Made by a program: the position numbers and the translations under genes. Shown one piece after another: positions 1-14,062 of a stretch of DNA of 64,000 nucleotides. Source of the DNA: Eledone cirrhosa. Lineage: Eukaryota. How positions within the stretch are numbered: position 1 is the stretch's first letter; the number at the start of each line of letters is the position of its first letter. A model generated the notes under the pieces. That model had not been told where the DNA came from. It saw only the letters and a program-made list of their open reading frames with translations, and did not search any database. The stretch covers positions 19,592,001 to 19,656,000 of the forward strand of contig OZ024758.1 in assembly GCA_964016885.1 (NCBI GenBank), written 5' to 3'.

Positions 1-75
1 TTATTGCATGATGATGTTTGTTTTTGAAATGCGCATAATAAAATACATGGAACTCCTTTAACCATCTTTTGATCT

Positions 76-80
<5 letters not shown>
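1..80 (+). mobile_element. PLE terminal-repeat (pLTR) fragment with the 3' half of a minimal hammerhead; cut off by the window edge
   Basis: Reverse complement of 53231-53305. Contains GAAA-TGCGCA-TA-ATAAAATA (palindromic stem III, cleavage triplet, stem I strand) and runs into (TA)n. Confidence 0.65.
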
Positions 81-142
<62 letters not shown>

Positions 143-146
143 TATT

Positions 147-190
<44 letters not shown>

Positions 191-565
191 GTGTGTGAGT
201 GTATATATATATATATATATTGGTAGAATTTCCAAAACTAATCAGATTAGAGCAAACATCACGGGCGCTCTATCTCAAACTTATTTTTGAAAACCATTAG
301 AAATGCGCAACCGGTAAAACTTAAAACTGAAACTGAATACTAACCAATACTATTACTAATTTTTTCTTATTCCTAATTAAACTATTTTTCACTGGGAACA
401 ATTTGTTAGCATTTTCTTTTCCTTTTACCAATATATCATAACTCGTGTGTTACACCTCTGTTCTTTCAAATATACATATATACACACACATATATAAATA
501 TATACATATACATATGTGTGTGTATATATGTGTATATAAACGCACATACACACACCCACACACAT

Positions 566-613
<48 letters not shown>

Positions 614-639
614 TAAAGTTTATTCGCAATTCTAGTTAT

Positions 640-960
640 TTGGATTTTATTTGGTATTTATTTTAAATCGCTTCAATGTGATTTCTATGAACTGAAATGA
701 GTTAAAATCATTTCTTAATGACCAGATTACCCATAAAAATCCCATACCACATGTAGACCACACATCACTGTATCGATCCTTACTTCCTAATATTAGACAT
801 TGAACACATACATTTCCCTTGTTTTTATCAAAATATATTAATAACCACTTTGCTCTAGAATTATCTAGGCCCATAAAAATATTTCGCAACTCCACCATGA
901 CTTGACAAAAACCACTTATCTACTTAAAATTCTCACCTCTCTTTATCAGAAGCAATTTTT
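640..960 (-). pseudogene. Degraded L1/Tx1-like ORF2 C-terminal remnant
   Basis: ORF 647-898 contains FLWVIWSLRNDF, matching the W-x-IW-xx-RN motif at the end of L1/Tx1 ORF2; the rest is degenerate. Confidence 0.3.
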
Positions 961-2010
961 CATGCATCAATAAATATCGTTTTCAAAAATCAAGTTCGAA
1001 GTCAGCTTAATTGACATACTGTCGCACCCGCTCTCAACAAAATGACATTTGAAATTCTAAAATGTAATTCAATTTATTATTTATTTACTTTTTCTTCAAT
1101 CTAATCACAAAACCTGATAGTTAGGATTTCATCCACCTCAGACACACACCACTAATAAGACGCCATGCATTGAAATTAAACCACAAAATCTAATCTGATA
1201 AAAAACACTGTAGTAAACTTCACACAAACTGTAGGAAATTGATAGAAATTTGTGGGTGTTAGATCAACTGCCAGATGGTATTTTTTCCATCACTCTGTTC
1301 TAATATACCTAAAGACAAATTTACTTTTAATCATTTCAGGATCGGTATAATAAAGTACCACATGTGTGTTTGATTAGTGATTCATCAGTGTGTGTGATAT
1401 GCCATATTGTTTTATAACTTCGTGGGTTGGGGACTTCAATTCTAATTATCCTATTTAGTAATATCATTTCACAATACATATTAAATGGAAATAATTCAAT
1501 AAATCATAGCGTTACTATCATTTGTTCAGTGCTCTATATAAACATTTATTCATATACTTTTTCTGCAATTATTGTTTCTAGCATATCAATTATCATGCTG
1601 CATTTTCCTCAAAAATTGATTATATTTTATGAATTTTATATTTCAAATTTACCGATTGTCGCATTTGTTATATAAATAATACAAATTATTATTTTTTTCT
1701 TTTTTGCCAAAGTTTTAATATTTCATACTAAAGGTTTCGTATAGAGAGTGTTGCTATAGGTTATTTGTTAATTGCATGGTTGTATATAACTGAATAGGCT
1801 GATGTTATATATTATATATCAAGTGAATCTCATGCAACCATACGTTTCCAGAATATATTCTAAATTTAAGAGGGTGTGGTATCACCACACTTTCATAATT
1901 TATTGTCATGATTTTATGATACACTTAGTCTTAAATGTGATTGTCAAATAATTGCTATTGAATAACTTGAAATATATGCAATAATGTTTATTATTAGTAT
2001 ATATAATAAA

Positions 2011-2204
2011 GGGCGGTGGATTGACAGTATCAGTAGAGGGTCAGACACCATGGATTGAGGCATAGAGTAACAGCCCTTGCCATTCTGAGTTCAAATCCCG
2101 CCGAGGTTAACTTTGCCTTTCATCCTTATAGTGTCGATAAAATAAAGTACCAGTAATACACTGGGTAATTTGCTGGCCTTGTGCCAAAAGTAGAAACAAT
2201 TATT
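2011..2204 (+). mobile_element. tRNA-derived SINE (major octopod-type family), full length
   Basis: GGCGGTGGATTG head, B box GAGTTCAAATCCC, central GAGGTTAACTTTGCCTTTCATCCTT..GTCGATAAAATAAAGTACCAG, tail GAAACAATTATT; more than 20 copies in the window. Confidence 0.9.
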
Positions 2205-2535
2205 AGTATATATACAAATGCAAGCTTTTAAATTATTGGCAAGTTAAGATTTATATTCTAAGCATACGACCCTGTTTAGTTGGCTAGGAAGAGATGAAAC
2301 ATAAAATTATAATTCGCCATACATATTATACATGTCATACGTTTATAAATCAATAGCTAGAGGAGTTCGTATACTTTAAGTTAGGTGAACATATATTTTC
2401 ATAGAGGATATATATGTACAAGGAAGAAGTATTGTTTTTAATACACATAGATATATATAGACAAAATAAATGCAGTTAGGTGGAAGAGAAATGGAGATGA
2501 TTCTCTTGAGAAATGCGGCAAATATCAACTTGGTT

Positions 2536-2686
2536 TATGATAAACTCTTAAAGAAAACTATTCGTAATCATATATATATAATGTATATACATTATTTATT
2601 TGTTTGTGTGGGAGTGACTTTTCGACCGTATGTTTACACGAGCTGTGCTCTTGATTACGAGTAGTTTTCTTTAAGAGTGTATCATA
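2536..2686. repeat. 35-bp inverted repeat with ~80-bp spacer (MITE-like or fold-back)
   Basis: 2536-2570 TATGATAAACTCTTAAAGAAAACTATTCGTAATCA versus 2652-2686 reverse complement, 2 mismatches. Confidence 0.75.
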
Positions 2687-2774
2687 GTTTACATTTGTTA
2701 ATATCGTATATATATATATATATATATATATATACGATATTAACAAATGGAAACTATGTTTATAAAACGATATT

Positions 2775-2839
2775 TATTTCATTATACATATTTCAAGGAC
2801 ACCAAGTTAAATTATGGTGTGCTTTCATCAGATAAAATA
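2775..2839 (-). ncRNA. Minimal type I hammerhead ribozyme (PLE type), left arm
   Basis: Exact reverse complement of the HHR at 2978-3042. Confidence 0.8.
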
Positions 2840-2977
2840 TAATATAGATCAGTTTTATAAATAAATATTGATATACCCTTAAAAAATAGCAACCATTACT
2901 ATTGGAAGCTCCCGGATAGTAATGGTTGCCTTTTTTAAGTATATGTCAATATTTATTTATAAAACTGATCTATATTA

Positions 2978-3042
2978 TATTTTATCTGATGAAAGCACAC
3001 CATAATTTAACTTGGTGTCCTTGAAATATGTATAATGAAATA
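2978..3042 (+). ncRNA. Minimal type I hammerhead ribozyme (PLE type), right arm
   Basis: Stem I TATTTTAT/ATGAAATA; core CTGATGA (2986-2992); stem II AAGcACACCA/TGGTGTcCTT; GAAA (3023-3026); quasi-palindromic stem III ATATGTAT; predicted cleavage after AUA at 3034. Confidence 0.82.
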
Positions 3043-3170
3043 AATATGGTTTTATAAATATAGTTTCCATTTGTTAATATCGTATTTTTACTCCAAATAT
3101 TTGTTGAGTGGTTTATATCAGTTATAAAAATATTTGCTTGTTGTATCCAAACAATTTAAATAGAACTTTT

Positions 3171-3260
<90 letters not shown>

Positions 3261-5775
3261 AACACTTTAATTCAAACGTAAATACGATAAGCGTACCTAA
3301 GATATGTCAGGAAACAAGCAATTATCATTCATGCAATTATTGAAAATGTGTATTAAAGGTTATCGTAGAAATCTGTATTCACCATAGTGATAATGTAGCT
3401 GATAGACGGAGAGTGAGAGTGTGGGAAAGATACAGATAGAGAGCGATACGGGAGAGGTGGGATATATATGGAGTGACAGCGAAGGATGTGTGTGAATTAA
3501 AGCACAAAAAAGACCGGATATTTAAAAATATTTCCAGGCTCTGTTATTAAATTTATCGTATTTATTGATTTCTTCATAAGATATGTTATGCCATTTTCAA
3601 CTTGTGTTTTTTTTTCACCTCCGTGTCTCTTATATATTTTATTGTTAGTATATTTTTTATTCTATTCTAAATATTATACCTAAACTTGTTTGAATGTCAC
3701 GTAGATATATCTGTTAGTACAGTTTAGATTGTTTTGCGATTGCAATATACAGAGAGTATTATCATGAAAATGTATATGGTATATATAAATACATTTATTG
3801 AATGACCTATGTAACATTGATCTCATCAAAGTATCATCCTGAATACCACGCTATTTCTTAATATAAATATAATATATTCGCAAACGTCTCCATTATATAC
3901 GCACATTATTCAATACACAACATAACGTAACAGGTATTTACATTTTCAATCGATGTTGAGTACTATATAGAATACCATCTACTCAAATATAATATGTTCT
4001 CAAAATAGCTGAATAACCCCACACGTGCTTTACCGCAGTATATTGTCCGTTTTTCCTATTCTTACTCTCATCAATCGTTATCTTTCTTCTTCTAACCCTC
4101 ATCCTATTTCCTGATGAAGTACTAACATAGAGCTAATGGGCACATTTGATTCTATATTTCAATGTTCGACCGGTTTTACTAGTGTTGCTAGTAATAGAAT
4201 ATGTACAAAAGCAAATATACCTTCAATTATAATGTTGAATCTTGTCGCAGCGATGATTAAGTATACCTGACAATACTTCACAAAAGACTGATGGTATTTA
4301 AAATATCATAATCCTCCGAAAATACACCTACATTGAAATTTACAGTAACTGATCCCACGGAGCATTGTTGATAACATCCGGACGATATCTAACAGGTAGC
4401 ATCTGCCTTCCACCCCTAGCTCGCGTAACGTGTCTGAAAGGATTTTAACGATCCTGCCATTACTCGTCAAGCATTTCACCCTTCTGGATTATGTCTGGTT
4501 TCTCGGAATACTTACACCTTCTGTTTCCATCCCACGCCTCCCAAAACGTTTCTCAGGCCCAGTACAACTTCTTGCAACGTGGGGTGGAGAATGCAAGATA
4601 TGTTTCGCTGAAAGTGTCCCCTGTAATCCTGCGTGAAGTATGAGGCAGCATGGGTGTCTTTTCTCGTCCCGGCCATAACACTGTATTTAAATGGTCTAAT
4701 TATTGTTAGCCATGCATTTCGTACTTGTCTCAAACCCACGACAACTTGCACTTTATTAGAGGCGGCATTGTGTTGCCTCGTTGTAGCTACATCACTAGGT
4801 TGAGAGTGTTTTCCTGGGAGTTAACAGCGTTAGCCATTGCGTCAACTCCCCTTATTTAATCGCTTTTGTTCCGAGGCTCCTTATTCCTATTACAACGAAT
4901 TATCATATCTGATTATCGAATCGCTATCCGCCACTTGAGACTAGCTATGTAGCAGAACAGCTCGATCGAGGACTGAATATTGCTGTTTTAATTAACAAAC
5001 ATACACACACACACACATGTGTGCATACATATAACACATACGACCAACACACATTCGTTCCCCTATATAATTACACGCACATACACACACGAATATAAGT
5101 GCAAAGGTAATCAATAACATTTGTCAACCACATTTTTGCTCATTATTAATGCCGTGACAATGCATAATGTTTGTGTATTTCAAATAATCATGTGGTGCTT
5201 TCTGACTTTTACCATCTGGATAATTGAGATGTAGAAACTCATCTCACTTCAATGTTATAATTCAATAAATCTAATCATTCTGAATTGATTGGATGATATA
5301 TATCTTAGTAATATATGCATAACATATTTGATCAACGTACCTTAAACATCAATGTAATAAATACAAATATGTTTATGCACTCGCATTAACAAGGGCAATA
5401 TGAATGCCACGCAAGCGATATATTTAAATCATTAACTATTCTTTGATCCCTGTATGCTATCAATTAGATTAATTCTGTTTCTCTATATATTCACATCAAT
5501 TATTTCCCTTGTAACAAATAAGAAAACTGCAATCTGTGATTTGTGGTTTTCTAACTCAGTACATTTAACAAGGAAACAACGAAAGCCATGTTAAATAGAC
5601 ACGTATCTGTTACTAGTTAAACGATGTTGTAATATAACACTCATGTCGGTGTTGCTAGATAATGTATATCTAAAACAACAGGTAACAGAAAAGCAAAAAT
5701 TATATGGTATTCCCCTTTGAATGATTAATATATATAGAGAGATAGTTAGATAGATATAGATATACATAAATATAC

Positions 5776-5844
<69 letters not shown>

Positions 5845-5848
<4 letters not shown>

Positions 5849-6027
5849 GTAGATAAATCTACCAAGAGTTTACGGTAGTGTCCGTAATTAATTTGTATAA
5901 TTTTGTACATAGATCTGTTGAATATGCATACCAATTCTAACACATATATATCCTAGAAACGATCGTTAAATAATGAACTTTTTTTGTTTAATATAAGGAA
6001 TTGTTTATTCATTATTTGTTTAATATT
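5845..6027. mobile_element. Rearranged PLE pLTR, family D (3' tip plus inverted internal segment)
   Basis: 5845-5883 matches 27597-27634 in the same orientation; 5887-6025 is the reverse complement of ~27745-27895 and keeps GAAA-CGATCG-TT-AAATAAT; bounded by (TA)n on both sides. Confidence 0.75.
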
Positions 6028-7200
<1,173 letters not shown>

Positions 7201-7210
7201 TTATGATATA

Positions 7211-7646
7211 TGATATATGCCTGTGAGACATGGAAGTGCACGGGAAGTGTATGTAACAAGCTTGATCTATTTCACCGTCGTTGCATTCGGACCATATTGC
7301 AAATGTCATGGAGAGACCAAGTTAACAACGAGGAAGTGATGAGGAGGTCAGAATTGGAGAGGTTAATGTACATTGTCCGGAAAAGGAGACGGCGGTTTGC
7401 GCGCCACATCCTTCGTCTGCCGGCAGATCAACCTGCTCATATTGCCATGGATTGGGTACCAGAAGGTGGCAGGAGAGAACGGACTACACCACGAAAGATA
7501 TGACGGAGCACGCACATTCAGGGAGGACCTGCGGGAGATGGGAATTACCTGGAGAGGTGCTAGAAGGGCCGCCAGTGACAGGATCAAGTGTAGGAGCTCG
7601 TCGCCTAATGTTACACAAGGGACTGGAGGAACTAAGACTAAGACTA

Positions 7647-7649
<3 letters not shown>
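7211..7649 (+). mobile_element. RTE-clade LINE, 5'-truncated 3' end
   Basis: YACETW..KLDLFHRRCIRTILQMSWRDQVNNEEV..RRRFARHILR..MDWVPEGGRR matches the RTE ORF C-terminus; (CTAAGA)3 tail. Confidence 0.9.
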
Positions 7650-7694
<45 letters not shown>

Positions 7695-7696
<2 letters not shown>

Positions 7697-7782
7697 CGAA
7701 GGAAATGTGGTAAGGAACCAGGTGGACCATAACGCACCAAAGTACTCAATACTTGAGGTAGTAGAGTGGGTAATAGGAACCA

Positions 7783-7783
<1 letters not shown>
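7695..7783 (-). mobile_element. PLE family C terminal tail fragment in (TA)n
   Basis: GTAAGGAACCAGGTGGACCATAACGCACCAAAGTACTCAATA..GTAGTAGAGTGGGTAATAGGAAC shared with 28298-28385 and 61838-61915. Confidence 0.75.
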
Positions 7784-7837
<54 letters not shown>

Positions 7838-7841
<4 letters not shown>

Positions 7842-8000
7842 AAAGTTATAATTAAATTGTTGGGATAGACCAAGTAAATATTTGTATAACTGATATAAAG
7901 CACTCGACACGTATTTGGAGTAGATATATGATATTAATAAATGGAAACTATATTTATAAAACCATATTTATTTCATTATACATATTTCAAGGATACCATG

Positions 8001-8003
<3 letters not shown>
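7838..8003 (-). mobile_element. PLE family A terminal fragment (tail plus 3' half of HHR)
   Basis: Reverse complement of ~3008-3171; between (TA)n tracts. Confidence 0.8.
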
Positions 8004-8041
<38 letters not shown>

Positions 8042-8218
8042 GAGCGTTTCCATTATTTACATAATTTATTGCTCGTCTTTATTTAAGATGTGTAGTGATG
8101 CATCGTATGATAACTTACTTTCACGCCTCTCGTTTGATTTCCTCCCTGCAGATTTGTTTTGTATCTTTTCCCCTCCTACATGTTATATGTACACTCATTA
8201 TTTATCAAAGTTTTGCTA

Positions 8219-8403
8219 GATTGGCAGTATTGGTAGAGGGTCAGACGCCATGCTTTCCAGCATATAGTTACGGCCCTTGCTATTCTGAGTTCAAATCCTA
8301 CCCAGGTTAACTTTGCCTTTCATCCTTACGGGGTCGATAAAATAAAGTACCAGTAATGCACTAGGTAATTGCTGGCCTTGTGACAAATGTAGAAACAATT
8401 ATT
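8219..8403 (+). mobile_element. Major SINE copy
   Basis: Same consensus as 2011-2204. Confidence 0.88.
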
Positions 8404-8857
8404 TATCAAAGCGTATTTTTTTCAACGGCTTGTGTTACAATTTCTTTCTTTATTTCATTTCTTTTTTTTATTTTCTATCCTTTATTCTCCCTCCTATTTT
8501 GTATATCCACTACCTTTCTATCGTAATATGGTAACTCAAAATATCCTAAGCTATTTAAATGGTAAATTCATTTCGGTAATCTTAGCATCCCATTCAAGCA
8601 ACAGTTCTTATCATCTGAGGAGCAAAACATCATTATCATATCTACTCCTCCACTTCATTCTTCTCCCTCTCCACCTTTTCAACATATATATTTCAAAATA
8701 TAAATAAGTGAACACATTTTCCAGTTCTAACTTTTCGGAACCTACATAGACTATGGAGGCTTTTTGCTTCACAGACAGATTTCAAAGAGTATCTCGTTTC
8801 ACGGTAAAGACATCCTGATAATATGTGTGTTTGTGTGTGTGTATGTGTGTGTGAAAG

Positions 8858-8929
<72 letters not shown>
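8858..8929. repeat. (GA)n microsatellite
   Basis: Read directly. Confidence 0.95.
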
Positions 8930-8935
<6 letters not shown>

Positions 8936-9565
8936 TGTGTGCGCGTATGTGTGAGTATGTGGATGTGTGAGTATAGCACATAATTGTTTCAATGAGAGAA
9001 ATTTACTTTTATACAAAACGGGAGATGACAGACTCAAAATACGTGCGAATTCTACGTTTAATGATCTTGTTGTATATATAATAATCTAAAGGATATTTCA
9101 GAATAAATAGTGAATTGTTTTCTGGTATATAATGAGACATCTGTTGCTGCTTAATATGTCACCGACACAGCATAGTCTCATTATCAGATTTCCACAGACT
9201 GACAATTTCTTAAGGCTTTAATTGCATGTTCGCGGTAAAGCAAAACACAACAAAGAAAAAATAGCTCGACACCTGAACAAGGAACCATATTCATACAAAT
9301 GTGAGCAATACAGGAACATATACACACAAAGCACATATGTAGGAATCTATATAATAAAATGTGGATAACTCTCAACAGATATTAAATTAAATTAGATTTG
9401 AACACGTGAAAATATTAATGACATCCGCTGACAAATATGTATAGACATAAAATTCCAAACGTAGTCATAAGATTAATATTTGATCTTAATTGCTGGACAT
9501 CCTGGTGACTATTTACTAATTTTATTTGTGTTTATATTGTAGCAATAAGTATAGACTATTTTATT

Positions 9566-9750
9566 GGATTGGCAGAATTGGTAGAAGGTCGGACGCCATG
9601 CTTTGACGTATAGAATTACGGCCCTTGCCATTCTGAATTCAAATCACGCCGAGGTTAACTTTGCCTTTCATCCTTACGGGGTCGATAAAATAAAGTACCA
9701 GTAATGCACTGGAAAATTGCTGGCCTTGTGCCAAAAGTAGAAACAATCAT
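9566..9750 (+). mobile_element. Major SINE copy
   Basis: Same consensus. Confidence 0.88.
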
Positions 9751-9877
9751 ATTATTTCCGCTAAATATATAAATCTACGCACTATATAAGTCGTATGATT
9801 TTAAAAAATTTCAATACGTTTCAATTTAAACATACTGGTAAATTATTGCCGCGTAACAATATCTGATGATGTATCTA

Positions 9878-10032
9878 TAATTGTGTTTATATTTGACGAA
9901 AGGTCAGCAATTATCCCAGTGGGTTGATGGTACTTTATTTTATCGACCCCTTAGGGATAAAAGGCGGAGTTAACTTCGACAGGATTTTAACTGAGACCTT
10001 AAAGGACGTAATTCTATGCTGCAAATCATGGC
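9878..10032 (-). mobile_element. Major SINE copy, diverged
   Basis: GGTACTTTATTTTATCGACCCC..GTTAAC matches the reverse-complement core. Confidence 0.75.
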
Positions 10033-10039
10033 GGCCGAC

Positions 10040-10290
10040 CCTCTACAGATACTCTGTAGATGACATCGGTATAGGAGAGCTTGAACCCTTGTTATTAGTG
10101 ACTGCCTGTGGTTTCCAAAGCATTAATGGGGACACAGCCTCGTAGTTGTCACGATGGCAGTAGCCAGCAAATCTTACTCTCCTTTTATGTACAACGAGAG
10201 ATATGATTGGGAAACCGTCATATATCTCTCTCAAATGCAGATGTCACCAGCTTATGTTCTGAATGTGTTGAAGAAGGCGAGTCTAAGTGC
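10040..10290 (-). mobile_element. Old RTE-type LINE 3' remnant
   Basis: EIYDGFPIISLVVHKRRVRFAGYCHR..VSPLMLWKP resembles RRLRFAGHCxR..LLW-P. Confidence 0.7.
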
Positions 10291-10510
10291 TATCAAGGTG
10301 CTTTTGTTGTTTGTTAGAATTGCTACATTGCAGTGTGTCCTAGAAATAGTGTGACCCAAACTGTTTGTGCATGGTGTTCGGTAAGCGACTGTACACAGTA
10401 TGATTCACGTTCGCAAACTCACAATCATTTTTAGTTAAAGCAGGAATATAGTATGAAACATGTTAGGCAATATACCTAAATACATTCAATTGTTATTTCA
10501 TTTCGGAATT

Positions 10511-10700
10511 ATAATAATTGTTTCTACTATTAGCACAAGGCCAGAAATTACCCAGTGCATTACTGGTACTTTATTTTATCGACCCCGTAAGGATGAAAGG
10601 CAAAGTTAACCTCGGCTGGATTTGAACTCAGATCGTAAAGGGACGTAACTATGCTGGAAAGCATGACGTCCGACCCTCTACCGATACTGCCAATCCACCG
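10511..10700 (-). mobile_element. Major SINE copy
   Basis: Full reverse-complement consensus. Confidence 0.9.
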
Positions 10701-12881
10701 GAATTATAATAATATGAGCAGACGATATAAATCGGTGTCTGTCACTATATAATTGTATAGTGAATATCAATAGATTTCATATAAAAACATAAATAATTAA
10801 ATATATTTGGTCCGAATAATTTGAATGTATTTATTTTCACTTAATGCCATACTATACAATCAGTATCATTGTTATTTAGAAGGAGACAGATGTTGAGTAT
10901 AAACTTAATACAGAAAGGAAAGCATCCGCTCCTCCAGGTTCCTTGCCAATCATGTCATCGACTCGCATGTTCATAGGTGATCTGATACTGATTAGAATAT
11001 CTTAGATAATAAAAAATCTCAGATTTTCTTTGTAATCATCTCGAATCAATTCACAATTAAAGTGTTGTAATTATAGTAATTAACAGCTCTATACGTCACT
11101 GATACATGAACATAATAGATGTCTTTCTTCGTGACGGTATCGATTTTCTCAGCAAGAGGATTAACAGTAAAATGTAAAGGCAACAATATATATGGAAATA
11201 CCTGAAATAGGTGCGAGTAAACATGATTCATGTAAATAACAAATAATATTTTCAATCGAATACGGGATCTGCAAATTAGATATTCTCACTACTCAAACAT
11301 CTATAGAATTTGTGTAGAAATATAATAATCACAACATGAAACTTTGTAAATAGGTATATAAAGAGCATCATATTTTCGGTGCAATATACATCCGATTTCC
11401 AACAGATGGTCTTACGGGAAATTATTAATAGTTGTAATTGTTATTGTTTTATTTTCAACATATTGTGAGGGTGGATATGTTACGAATACAACTATTGCTA
11501 GACGGATGTTCCATATGACCGTACCATCAATATGAAAGTAGAGCCACCTACAGATTCTATCTCATAGAAAAAATGTATAGCACTCATTGTTTGAAATATT
11601 TCTGGGATAATCTTATTGAATTAAACTTAGATTTCTAGTCAAGTGTATAACATTTCCTAGGTATAGAGGAATGCATGTATAATTCACATTCACTCTCGCA
11701 AATACTTTCACACAGAACACACACAGATATGAAATTAACGAAATGTAATGCACATGTATATCAATAGGCAGATGTAACCGTAGTAAAATATATGTACGCA
11801 AAATATATCTTATTATAAACCTTCTATTAGATTTTAGTATAATGTCTTAAGTAAATGCTCTAGAGAAAACCTAAGAAATATGCTTGTATATTTTACAAAA
11901 AAACAAAATATACGTATAAAACTAATTTCTAGTATAGAAATGAAAAGCAGCCTGCTGTACGGGGTTGCGAGCAGCATAGCGAAAAAAAGTGGAACATTAA
12001 AAAAAAAGAAATATCTTCAGAAAGAAATATCTATTTCTCTGCTTGACATCAATGATACGTTAGACTGAAATGCAAAGAACATGAAATATTCCCCGTAAAT
12101 CGCAGCAGTGAACCGGAATCTCTGATCTGAAATCCTTTAATTAAGCAAAAGAAAACTCTTTCAGCCTTTCAGTTTACATTAGATTTGTTTCGGCTACACA
12201 CAAAGCAGCAGGAAAGAGAAGATTTCTGTGGAGATTTTGAAAATTCTAACCTTAAATGGTTTGCAAATATAGAACTTTGCAAATTAATTAGTTTTTCCAC
12301 TACTATTTCTGCTATAAATGTTCATTTAAATTAAATTTTCAGTAACAGAAAATAATTATTTTTCAAATATGGTTCTAATCACATTCATACTTATTTGTTT
12401 GTTTTTATTTAAAAGCTCGTTTTAAAATTCTTTCAACATGGTTCGTGTACTATGCGACGTAGTCAACAATTTACAAATACATAACATACGGGTTCTTGAT
12501 TTTGTGGAGGATATTCCACGGGTAATTTGAAAGCTACTAGATACTTAGAAGTTTCCAGAGAAACTAGTTAATTTCTCTTGAATTGCATTTATATCTGGAG
12601 GTGATGTCGCAGAAGAAATCAAAAGTTTGAAATCTATATCCTTCTTATAAAATGTATGAATTTTACTAAAGAATAGGGTTTCGTCTTTAACATTAGGTCA
12701 AGTAATATATTCCAACACATTCAAATGGTAATACGAGACAGTAATCAAAATATATTTATATTATATTGACACACTACATCTGTGACATCGCGATAATAAA
12801 TCGTTAACGTATTACCGTATTCCTCATTTAATAGATTAAACTTAGCGCTCAGCGTTCGACATGAATACACTGTCCCAGTAA

Positions 12882-13063
12882 ATAATTATTTCTACTTTTG
12901 GCACAAGGCCAGTAATTACCCAATATATTTCTGGTACTTTATTTTATCGACCCCGTAAGGATGAAAGGCAAAGTTAACCTCGGCTGGATTTGAACTCTGT
13001 ATGTAAAGGGACGTAACTCTGTGCTGCAAAGCATGGCGTCCGACCCTCTAGCGATACTGCCAA
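12882..13063 (-). mobile_element. Major SINE copy
   Basis: Reverse-complement consensus. Confidence 0.88.
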
Positions 13064-13084
13064 GTCCTAGTAAATAATGTGATT

Positions 13085-14062
13085 AAATATAGAGTTATAC
13101 CCGTTTATGTTCTTCGTTCAAATACCGCTGATCTTATCTTTGCCGTTCGTCCTTGCGAGGTCGATGAAATAAAGCACCATTAATGCACTGGGTCGTAGTC
13201 GACATTTCCCTCTACATAAGAATGTTAGCCTTGCGTCTTTATCATAAACCCTTTTGGCAGTATCGGTAGAGTGTCGGACGCCATGCTTTCCAGCATAGTT
13301 ACGTCTCTTTACGATCTGAGTTCAAATCCCGCCGAGGTTGACTTTGCCTTTCATCCTTACGGGGTCGATAAAATAAAGTACCATTAATGCACTGGGTAAT
13401 TGCTGGCCTTGTGCCTAAAGTAGAAACAATTATTATTATTAAAAGGCGGTGGATTGGCAGTATCGGTAGAGGGTCGGATTCCATGCTTTCCAGCATAGTT
13501 ACGTCCCTTTACGGACTGAGTTCAAATCCCGCCGAGGTTAACTTTGCCTTTCATCCTTACGGAGTCGATAAAATAAAGTACCAGTAATACACCGGAATAT
13601 TTGCTGGCCTGGTGCCAAACGTAGAAACAATTATTATTATTAAGGGCGGTGGATTGGAAGTATTGGTCGAGAGTCGGAGGCCATGATTTGTAGCATAGAG
13701 TTACGTCCATTTATGATCTGAGTTCAAATCCCGCCGATGTTAACTTTGCCTTTCATCCTTCCGTGGTCGAAAAAATTAAGCATCAGTAACGTACATGGTC
13801 CATCTAATAGAACCCCCCCCCTCTCAAATTACTGGTCTTCTGCCTCTAGTCAACATCATTATTAAGGGCGGTGTATTGGCAGCATCAAGTGATGGTTTGA
13901 CGACATGCTTTGTAGCATAGGGATACACCCCTTTAAAATCTGAATTGAAATCCCACCGTGTTTAACTTTGCCTTTATTCCTTAAGGGGTCGAATAATAAA
14001 ACATTAGTAAAACATTGGGATAATTGCTGGTCTTGTGCCAAAAGTAAAAACAATTATTATTG
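13085..14062 (+). mobile_element. Head-to-tail array of 5 major SINE copies
   Basis: Units at ~13085-13245 (decayed), 13253-13440, 13443-13640, 13643-13862 and 13865-14062, the last four joined through (ATT)n tails. Confidence 0.88.

Larger units (their letters stand above)
2733..3171 (+). mobile_element. Fold-back PLE pLTR element, family A: ~350-bp palindrome (2733-3084) plus ~85-bp unpaired tail
   Basis: Near-perfect inverted arms around TTGGAAGCTCCCGG; identical hammerhead in each arm; flanked by (TA)n and (CA)n/(TA)n; related copies at 7838-8003 and 20345-20697. Confidence 0.85.

Noticed and set aside
219-433. MITE with 11-bp TIRs (TATTGGTAGAA/TTTTACCAATA)
   Set aside because: Short, imperfect, AT-rich and single copy; could be chance.
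2011-2110. tRNA gene calls in SINE heads (also 15747-15869)
   Set aside because: A/B boxes are present but there is no proper cloverleaf, and each is followed by a SINE body.
4105-4215. Hammerhead at CTGATGAAGTAC..GTACAAAA
   Set aside because: No GAAA and no stem I or III pairing.
4430-4751. GC-richer segment as a host exon or Gypsy integrase remnant
   Set aside because: No recognisable protein; the GTAAGT donor and YW..C hints are too weak.
10870-10990. Possible small exon on the minus strand (MRVDDMIGKEPGGADAF)
   Set aside because: No homology recognised and no convincing splice-site pair.
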